Shown here in pieces: positions 9,601-17,400 of a stretch of 33,608 nt of DNA. The position numbers were made by a program, and so were the translations under genes. The notes beneath the pieces are model-generated. The model was not told where the DNA came from. It made no database searches and was given only the letters and a program-made list of their open reading frames with translations. Numbering within the stretch: the stretch's first letter is position 1; each line of letters opens with the position of its first letter. This DNA is from a virus (Duplodnaviria; Caudoviricetes), in the IMG/VR virus record IMGVR_UViG_3300043443_000158, positions 1-33,608 of that record; one strand, written 5' to 3'.

Positions 9601-12600
9601 ATCTAAAGACCTAGCAAAACTATTCTCGTCTAAACTATCAATATAAAGGTATACAGAGTTAGGGATGTCTTTCTTATCGAACTCCTTAAACAACCAGTTC
9701 TTAAATGCTGGAACAGAGAATGAGATAATGTTTCCTTCGCTGTTAGTTTCTGCCTCAATCTGAGTGTAGATTTTAGCTTTCTCCGCATTTACAATATTCT
9801 GAACCATTGTAATGAATGTACTCTGAAGTGCATCCATTTTATCTTTGATTCCTGCAAACTGTGGATTGATTTCTCCATCTACATAGAAGTCTCCAAACAA
9901 CAATTTAACTAACTGGGTAGACAATGTTGCTTCTCCCTTAAACTTAGGAGCTATGTACTGTTGTCTACGGAGTCCTTTAATTGGGAAAGTCAAAACACTC
10001 TCAGAGGGTATCTTAGTGACACTCAAAGACTCCCCTTCTTTGTAGAAAGGCAAAGACTCTACAGGAATAGACATTTTGTTACCTGAATCAAATGTAGCAA
10101 AGTCTACACCCTTATCAAACATATCCAACATAAAGCCCTCTAAGTCTGTATCAAATACAACAGAAGGAAGTAAGTTAAATACAGAGTACTTTCCTAATGA
10201 TACGTATTTAGTATTCTCTAGAGGAGAACCATAGTAACCCAATTTCAAAGAGGTAAGAATACCTTTGTTTGCTTGACTGATAAGCTCCAGTACTTCCTGC
10301 TTAGTTCCTTTGTTGGCCCTGTATGCTTGAATTGCTTTAAATACTTTTACTTCATGGTTGTAAGCGTCCTCGAGTTCTGAAGGCCACTCTCCAATAGAGT
10401 TTAGATAGAAACGAATAAAGTCAAGGTTAGCATAAGCCTGAGCATCTGCTTCTTTCTTTTGACTAAACATCTCATCCAAGTTTAATTTAATCTCCTCGAT
10501 TGCTTCTTTTGTTACTTCTGCCTTTCTAGCTTTACTTGCGTTTTTAGGAAGAAGACTAAGCTTCCATTGTACAAAACCATCTTCAATTTCTTTTCTTAAA
10601 ACGGTTGACTGTTCAGGAGTGAACGAAGGTAGATCTTTAAACTGTACGTATTTAAAGTTTTCATCGTAATTCCTAGATGAACCTTTTCTTTCTTTCTCAA
10701 GTAAACGAGCGTACTTAGGATCTGTGTTCCAAGACAAGAAAGTCTGGTCATCTAAGTGTGGCTGCTTACCTGGAGATATAGATGCACCCAAACGCTTAAA
10801 CAATTCACGCCAGTTGTTGTCCTCTGGATTTACGTTAAAGTTAGATGGATCTCCTACTATAGTATGAACGTACTCTATTTGGTGAACATTATAGTTAGCC
10901 AAATAGTGAAGTATCATTGCATTGATGTTTTCATCTGTATACTTGATACTAGGATCATAGTTGAGCTTACTAAACTCAGCAGCAAAACTTGCTTGTTTAC
11001 CTTGAGAAATAATCTCTGCAAGACTACTACGGAAGGTTGTAAGTTGAGAACTGTAAAATCTTTCTACATTACCTACAAACACACCGTACTTAGTATCACG
11101 ACCAGGTGCAAACAAAGTACCTACAGCATCAAGAAGCGACTCTTTAGAATCTGCTACTCTTACTAATTCTTTTAGTTCTGTTTGAAGATCTTCAGGTAGG
11201 ATATCTTTAAATATGATAAAGTTGAATCCTCTTCTTTCTTTAGCAGTAGACTGTGCTCTATCATCAAACATTCTAGATAATTCAAAGTCTAAGTAGTCTC
11301 TCATTTGAGTTATTACACTACCTGCCAACATGGCCTTACCATCTTCCTTATTAGTAAACTCGTCTCTCTTAAAGTAAGTACGTTCAGAGATGTTACCTTT
11401 AATCCTAGTAGCAAATGAACTACTCTTAGCTCCTACCCTTATGTTTTCAAAGGTAGCGTCTTTCAAGAATCCTAAGAAATCTTGAATTAGTTTACTATCA
11501 GCTGAAAGGTTTGTAGTCTTCTTACCATCCATATTCCCTACCTGCATACCAGAGAAGTTAATTACTTCTAAACTAACAGGTTCTCCAGCTTGGTTCAATC
11601 TACGATTTCCTGACTCATCAAATATTTTCTTAAACCATGCACTGTACTTGGGAAAGTTATTAGATTCAATATTAAGATGCCCAGCTAACTCATTGATATT
11701 TCTTACGTTATTAATCTCTTCTACAGTACTAAGCATGTGGTTCCACTCACGAATAGACCACTCTAAGTTATTCTCGATACTTAAGTAAGAAGCAGAGTTA
11801 GATATATTATTAAATGACTCTACAGTATTATAGAAGTTTCTTCTTTCGTTTTTAAAAGTAGTAATACCCTTAAAGCGATCTACATAGAATTTCTTAATAG
11901 GATCGTTTGCAGAAAGTTTACTAAGTTCAGACTGTAATGCTCTAGATATATCACTTGTCCAAGTTGCAGTAGGACCTGAGGTAGCTCCAGGTACTACATC
12001 TTTTAACTCTTTGTTTGTAGAACGGTTAATCATGTCTACTAAAAGCATCTTGTTTATAGCAAGCTTTGACATGTAGTTAATGTTCTTCAGTGCATTTGGA
12101 GTAATCTTTGGATTTGCTTTGAAGTTAAATTCTCCCTTTCTATTAAATAGAGTTGCTTCAGGAACGTTATTATATAAATCTATCCCAAATACTTCCTTAA
12201 AGAAACGGAAAGTAACTTGATCTGTAAAAGGAAATAACTTCTCGTAGTCATCTAATACTGACTTAATATCAAAAGTAGGAAGACTAATATTGTTTATGTC
12301 TGTGTTACGATATCTTCTAGAAGAGTTCTCTACGAAGTCTTGGTCAAACAATTCAATCAAAGCTCCTTGAGACAAAGTATTCTCCATAAAAGTACTTGCC
12401 TTAAGAGAAATCTTAGGAGCATTTTTATCTGTACTTTTTTCTACAGTTGCTCTAATGTTCATAGGAACAACAGTAGGCATAGAAGCAAATTGCATAAACT
12501 GTGCTTTTAAAGCTTCCTCAGCTATCGAAAGAGCACCAGTAGTACTAGGCATCCGACTAACAAAATATTGTAGCTGTGGAGACAAATCAGAAGCTTCAGT

Positions 12601-14364
12601 TAAAACTTCAATAGCTCTGCTATAATTAGTTAGACCACTTACCTTATTTAAAATTAAGTTTTTATTTGTCAAGAAGTCTCCTACCAAAGGAAGACCTAGA
12701 ATGTCTCCTACTGCTTGAATAACTTCACCCTTCTCGTTTCTTTTTAGATCAGGAAGAGTTTTAATCAGTTCTAGGATTTCAGGAGAAGCTAGATCCATAG
12801 GATTAACAGACTCTTTACCTTTAGAGTCGTAATCATTTCTACTACGTTCTTCTTCGTTTACTTCGTCTAGTTGCTCATCTACGTCTTTAACATCTTCATT
12901 AGAGGATGTTTTAAGAACATTACCCTTAGAAAAACTTTTATGATAAGCGACTATCTCAGGCCACTTATCCTGTCCGTTTTTATTATAAACTAAAGGAACC
13001 AGAGAGTTGATACGTTCTTCTATGATTTCGGCAGAAGCAGGATCTGCTGTCTCTAACTGTCTATTGTAGTTTTCAATAGCAGACTCAATAGCAGTTTTTA
13101 CTTGATCATATATTTGAGGGATAATTTTTTCTTTCTGTTCATTACTGTTAAAGAAAGAAGCATTAATACCCATCCTATCCAATGCTGTATTAAAGTAGTA
13201 GTCTATAGCACTAAGTATCTCAGCACCTTCTAGAGAACTGTACTCAAAAGGAATCTTGTTTCCTTTGTTATCAATTACCTCTAAGTTTAAGGCTTTACTT
13301 CTGTTAAGTTTAGTGTGTTCTATATTTTCTTCAGAGTAAGTAAAGTCTGTCAGGTTTCCTCTATAGAGCTTCTCAAACAATTCATCAATAGGAGCCTTCT
13401 CCTCAACGATCTCACCCTCAGGAGTAACAGTAGTTGTTTTTGTAAATAGATTGCGTAAGAAGTCCATTACACGTTGGAAGAACGTTCTTACAGGTTCTTC
13501 TAGTTCAGGTTCTTCTACTTCTAAACTTTTAGCTAATCCATAAGATCTAAACTCTTCTGCAAGGACTTCTTCTATTTGACGGTTAGTCAAAGAATAATAA
13601 GGAAGTTCTACTCCTCCCATAGTAATAGTACCAGGACGAGATTGAATCATATTATACAAAGCAGCTCTCTCTGCCTTACTCAAGAACTTCTGAGTAAACT
13701 CGTGGAATGATTCGTGATACAAGTCGGTAAAGTCTGATCCACGATACAAAGTAATTGCAGACTTAGTCCACTGTGCAAAAGCTTTTTGGTTTACTATGTT
13801 ACTCATGTTAACATAGGTAGTGTACTGTGCTAAAGGAGACCTAGCAAACCACAAGTAAGCGTCTAGAAGCTGACGACCTGTAGGTTTGTCAATTGTACTA
13901 TCAACTTCATTATCAATCTGTTGTAACAGTTCTCTACTTACTTGTTGAAGTTCTTCTGGTCTAAATGTTTCTGCTTTGAATCCTTGATTAACCTGAGATA
14001 TAATCTTACTTGCTAAAGCGTTCAAGTCTCCTCCGTTATTAGAGATATAGGCATGAACAACTTTACTTTGTATAAAAGAATTAAAGGTGTCAAACTTAGG
14101 ATACTGTTTCTTAAACTTTTTACTAAAAGTAACTGCTACAGCAAAAGTTGCTTTAGCCTCATTTCCTTGATACTCGTTTAAGAAAGTGTTATAGATAGGG
14201 TTATCTACAACTGACTCTTTTTTATTCTTAGTAATTACCTTTTTACTAAGGGGATGACCTTGGTTTCTATTCCAAAGAAAATATGCAAAGTCTTCTCCAA
14301 CAATTTCTTTTAGAGAATTAAACTCTCCACGAATAGACGGTATACTAAGGTTTGGACAAATCAT
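6607..14364 (-). CDS. Virion-packaged single-chain two-barrel DNA-dependent RNA polymerase (crAss-like, phi14:2 gp66 type) with N-terminal zincin-like domain
   Basis: Catalytic GSDFDIDKLF (DFDID = residues 1754-1758, 9091-9105) preceded by VRIPVQGFNSM. Also ADAQAY, DSGNK and EFINGHVD segments typical of this family. HESFH at residues 217-221 (13702-13716) with downstream EEVLAEEF. Confidence 0.92.
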   Translation of the reverse strand: MICPNLSIPSIRGEFNSLKEIVGEDFAYFLWNRNQGHPLSKKVITKNKKESVVDNPIYNTFLNEYQGNEAKATFAVAVTFSKKFKKQYPKFDTFNSFIQSKVVHAYISNNGGDLNALASKIISQVNQGFKAETFRPEELQQVSRELLQQIDNEVDSTIDKPTGRQLLDAYLWFARSPLAQYTTYVNMSNIVNQKAFAQWTKSAITLYRGSDFTDLYHESFHEFTQKFLSKAERAALYNMIQSRPGTITMGGVELPYYSLTNRQIEEVLAEEFRSYGLAKSLEVEEPELEEPVRTFFQRVMDFLRNLFTKTTTVTPEGEIVEEKAPIDELFEKLYRGNLTDFTYSEENIEHTKLNRSKALNLEVIDNKGNKIPFEYSSLEGAEILSAIDYYFNTALDRMGINASFFNSNEQKEKIIPQIYDQVKTAIESAIENYNRQLETADPASAEIIEERINSLVPLVYNKNGQDKWPEIVAYHKSFSKGNVLKTSSNEDVKDVDEQLDEVNEEERSRNDYDSKGKESVNPMDLASPEILELIKTLPDLKRNEKGEVIQAVGDILGLPLVGDFLTNKNLILNKVSGLTNYSRAIEVLTEASDLSPQLQYFVSRMPSTTGALSIAEEALKAQFMQFASMPTVVPMNIRATVEKSTDKNAPKISLKASTFMENTLSQGALIELFDQDFVENSSRRYRNTDINNISLPTFDIKSVLDDYEKLFPFTDQVTFRFFKEVFGIDLYNNVPEATLFNRKGEFNFKANPKITPNALKNINYMSKLAINKMLLVDMINRSTNKELKDVVPGATSGPTATWTSDISRALQSELSKLSANDPIKKFYVDRFKGITTFKNERRNFYNTVESFNNISNSASYLSIENNLEWSIREWNHMLSTVEEINNVRNINELAGHLNIESNNFPKYSAWFKKIFDESGNRRLNQAGEPVSLEVINFSGMQVGNMDGKKTTNLSADSKLIQDFLGFLKDATFENIRVGAKSSSFATRIKGNISERTYFKRDEFTNKEDGKAMLAGSVITQMRDYLDFELSRMFDDRAQSTAKERRGFNFIIFKDILPEDLQTELKELVRVADSKESLLDAVGTLFAPGRDTKYGVFVGNVERFYSSQLTTFRSSLAEIISQGKQASFAAEFSKLNYDPSIKYTDENINAMILHYLANYNVHQIEYVHTIVGDPSNFNVNPEDNNWRELFKRLGASISPGKQPHLDDQTFLSWNTDPKYARLLEKERKGSSRNYDENFKYVQFKDLPSFTPEQSTVLRKEIEDGFVQWKLSLLPKNASKARKAEVTKEAIEEIKLNLDEMFSQKKEADAQAYANLDFIRFYLNSIGEWPSELEDAYNHEVKVFKAIQAYRANKGTKQEVLELISQANKGILTSLKLGYYGSPLENTKYVSLGKYSVFNLLPSVVFDTDLEGFMLDMFDKGVDFATFDSGNKMSIPVESLPFYKEGESLSVTKIPSESVLTFPIKGLRRQQYIAPKFKGEATLSTQLVKLLFGDFYVDGEINPQFAGIKDKMDALQSTFITMVQNIVNAEKAKIYTQIEAETNSEGNIISFSVPAFKNWLFKEFDKKDIPNSVYLYIDSLDENSFARSLDGSAQRNLVESVITSALSKRVLRPKMFGEAYIQLASSGFNNLGTRFTKPTAEQVAKHGTSGLRDYRVQNGKTQPADIKISFNPKKHQALLNLEFEGQRIGTLDRLNLALMDDAWVAEHSDKITIVGVRIPVQGFNSMEYFRVRQFLPTSAGPVIIVPPSIVTKSGSDFDIDKLFMYEPKLDENGNLIDDAIVDSSDFTNDMLNNIRERVINLQAKKEIKELLNNTGAYFVKGLYEQDIKNLKGVLYDLSTRKASYDDPLVEGAHLRIKMLIARIEQLKEQNPTLVTTLANLKSINEDLNSLQAYTPQNIKNISSNRMIGVISDVLSEPALYSRFTKPNANTILPAIANRYLKMRGTASNISGSFMFSPMTSVQIFNENTLGKKSLGVDAKVNALHKLFQQTGLKFTDSFLSNNYYLKANKDVNGSIILGGYLDADNNNLISDVINEFINGHVDIEREDWINYFNSDKIRTPIILQMVLNGTPIEDAILLVNQPIIQHYLRSSKVGDVGASLGKKSKKATSYILDGLKTLGIKPIMQESMPTMVDMAQTITMILNTDYFSKHLVNFSEKNYPPYVRNDRKAFDAINETAKKGDREAQSQLAAQVAFLTQYMIVKEQNDSLLKLTANVDFNTNSYRSITDFFSNQYGVQEARNKFNDDAVDKILNNSVVSPFNIVDDALTISGQLFDVVSLPVIQDNIQEWLKSKTFWGTEKKLKEVNTVFNGFMHLLIQEYGTDKTRALYRQYGREAGFFKKSSKNNLKSEFIRLFRDNKNQELKDFSRNNLFLSNFTTTDIKNSDRFYITMKTNEKDPDTVDAVQKAFMDGLNHPNPEVVQFFSDVANATIVSQGFNIRYRSIQPYLPIQSYIDVAAGLSETLKAMKTSYNEAEDKFNSPIASLLTDHITISIKLNEGKPKNEVDKFFPLYTKEEVAKREPVNTTDLLPGEQDEFTGDPDVYDADEFYQEDSLNAPVIESTQMTIARAPKTSTPSKTDSETVRCKTGN

Positions 14365-14395
14365 TCTTTTTATTTTAAATTAAATGTGTGTTATA

Positions 14396-14425
14396 CAAAT
14401 ATAAGTCATTTACAGAATTTAGAAA
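14396..14425 (-). promoter_or_regulatory. Bacteroidota-type promoter upstream of the virion RNAP gene
   Basis: TATATTTG at 14403-14396 followed by TATAAC, the same 14-mer as at 24399-24386. The -33 position reads TTTC. Confidence 0.65.
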
Positions 14426-14455
14426 CCTAAGTATCAAAGCTTAGGTTTCTTTTTT
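14421..14455. terminator. Hairpin at the end of the 1966-aa gene (terminator-like; T-run on the + strand)
   Basis: Perfect 11-bp inverted repeat AGAAACCTAAG (14421-14431) / CTTAGGTTTCT (14440-14450). The 8-nt loop contains the TGA stop. Confidence 0.5.
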
Positions 14456-17400
14456 ATCTGATCTTTAACTTGTTTAGCTGGATTGATACAATCCTCTTTT
14501 GCTTTCTGTGCTTCTTGAACTTCATCTTCATCAAAGAGTTCTCCTGTACTCTGACTATTAAGTCTGTCTGCTAATGACTGTTTAGGTGCAACAGGTTGCT
14601 TAAGTGCAGGATTCAAGTATTCTTCTTTAGACATTGACTCAAAGTTCTCAGGACTGTTTCCTCGGAATACTCTTAAGGGATTATACCTAAACTTAGTTCC
14701 TCCAATTCCTTCTTCCTTACGCATTAAGATTACAGGAACTTTCTTTCCCCCTTCCAACTGAACAGTAGCTAAGATAAAGTCTCCCTCTACTTCTGAGTTA
14801 TATGGAACTATTCCAGGAATAAGATTGGTTGTTTTACCTACGGTTTCTAGTTTTCTTGTTACAATCTGATAGTCTACAGAAGCAGGATTATCAGACATAG
14901 TTTGTACTGCCTGCTCATAAATCTCTTTAGTCAAGAAATTTACGAATGCATTATAGATTCCATAAGCCTGTGCAGTAGGACTTCCCTTTGCGTAGTTGAC
15001 AGCATCCATGTAAGTAATTGCTATAAACTCGTCTATAGTTTTTCCTGGTGTAGGTTGTACTTGTGGTGCTCGGGGAGCTACAACAGGTTTAGGAGTAATA
15101 GGTTCAGGAGTAGGTTGAACTTTTGGTAATAGATCTGACGCCCTCTCTACAAAGTTTTTTGGATCAGGATAAACTACTTTATTTACAGGAGACAATAATT
15201 CTCCAGAAGAAGTTACAGGGAATGTATGTGTATCTTTTATATACTCAACGTAAGACTGTTTAGTGATCTTAGGTTTACCATCTACTAAAGATACTCTCAT
15301 CATTGTCTCACCTCCTTGAAGCATCTTTTTATCCAACTTGTAGAAGCTTTCTTTTAAGAACTTTACAAAGTCTTCTTTTGTCAACTTAGTATTTACAGGC
15401 TTACCATCTTTGTAAACAGTTCTTATTATATTGAATGGATACTGTACTGCTTCTGTTTTACTTGGGAAGTTTTTATTAGGGAAGAAGTGAATACGATTCT
15501 TTTTGTCTACTTGGTTAATCAGACTTACTAAGTAGTTCTCCAATCCTTCGACAGTTCTGAACTCTGCAGGAAGAGTTTCAGAGAATAACATTTCAGCAAT
15601 AGCTTCTGCTTCGTTCTCGTCTATATTAGTGTTACTTAAAATAACAGGAGTACCATTGTTATTAAAATAGACTCTACCTAACTTAAAGTTAAATCTCTTA
15701 CCAAAGATTGATTGACCTACTTCAGTTGCAAGATCAAAGTCTTGAATACCTGCACTATTAATAGTCTCGTCGTTTAATTCATTTGCTTTTTTCTGTTCTG
15801 CACTTTTGAATACCACTCCTTCGGACACTGTGTAGTCTGTATCAATAAAAGCGTCTGTATTCTGAGACAAGTATGCTTTCAGTCTTGCTAGTGTGTTTGA
15901 GTTATTAGCATGCTCTTGTTTAAGTGCCTCAGTACCTACTCCAGCTTCTTTATATTCTTCCTCAATTCTTTCTGATACTCTGCCTTCTGCAGGAAAGTTA
16001 AGCTGTAGAGGATAGCCTTCAAATAGATTTAAGTTACCATCTGCATCGGATGAAGTAATAGATACTGTAGATTCCTTTGTGAATCCCTTACCATTATTAG
16101 CAACAAAGTATGCTAACGCAGCACGATCAAAGTACTCTTTGCCTAAGAGACTATGCATAGGCTCAAGGATAGCATCCTGTTCTTCTACGCTTTTAGCATT
16201 CCATTGTTCAGCAGTAAGAATAGTATTATCAAACATTGCTTCGATAGTAGCAAAGTCATCTACCAATTGTTCTTCTGTTTTATCAGGAAACTTCATAACT
16301 AAGAACATCATTGCTGTTCCTTTGCGACTTTGTATTCTTACTTGATAAGGTTGGTCTGCAATCTCTTCTATTGCTCTTGCATTTCTTATGTCTGCAGGAT
16401 CTGTTCTTCTTTGGTCTGATCTACTAAACTCTACCCCTACACTTCTTATAGGACTAGCCAAGAATCTAAGTCTAGCTAGTCTTATTTCTAACTGGGAATC
16501 AAGAGTCTTGTTCTTAGCAATTACCTGTGGGAACTCCGTAGAAGCATCAGGGTTTGTTAGATTAGTTTGGGTAGGAGTAATAGGAACATTAGGAGGTACA
16601 AGAGAGGGAGTAGCTGCTGTAGTAGTTGCAGTTGCTATAGGTCCTTCAACCAACTCTTCTCTTACAAACCTAGTAGCCATGTACTTAAGTAAATCCAATG
16701 AGCTTACTTTGTCTTGTACTGCATCAAATTTTGTATTGTTCTTCTTACGAAGTTCTATATCTTTCTTTAATGCTTCAATTAAAGTATTAATCTCTTGAAC
16801 AAACTGTGGTTCAGTAATTTGTTTTTGAGTGAACTGTCTCAACAAATTGCTAACTTGAGCATTCTCTTTAGAGTTCTGGCCAAACTTAACTTTTGTAGTA
16901 TTAATCAAAAATTCTAAAAACCTTTGATTAGCCTCTGTCGGATACTTTTGTTTAAAATTACCGAGTATCTCTTTATAACGCTTACTGTACTTATCTGTTA
17001 CAGGAGATTTGCCTGACTCATCTACAGGTTGTGCAGCATCTTCCTCAGTAGGCAAAGACTCATTAAATTCTTCTACATCTTTTGTCTCTTCATCAGTTAA
17101 GTCTGTGTCAGGAGTAGGTTGATCAGACATCTGCATAGATCTTACCTGAGCTCTTCTTTGTATGAATGCTTCTCTTGCTGCATCAAGTTCTTCCTTAGTG
17201 TATTCTATACCAGGAAAAAGTTTATTGACACTGTCAACATTGTAAGCATAACTAGCATTAATTGGTGCTACGTTATCTAGGAATATACCCAAAGCAGATA
17301 AGCGTTGTTCTGGAGTAGCAGCAAGTAAACTTTCTAAAACTTTAATTTGACTCTTCTGCAAATTTTCATCTGCTGTCTTAGCCATATCCTCGTTAATAAA

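Noticed and set aside
13720-13745. Second GSDF (RGSDFTDLY) in the RNAP N-terminus resembling the catalytic GSDFDID
   Set aside because: It lacks the DxDxD pattern and leads directly into the HExxH helix; probably coincidence.
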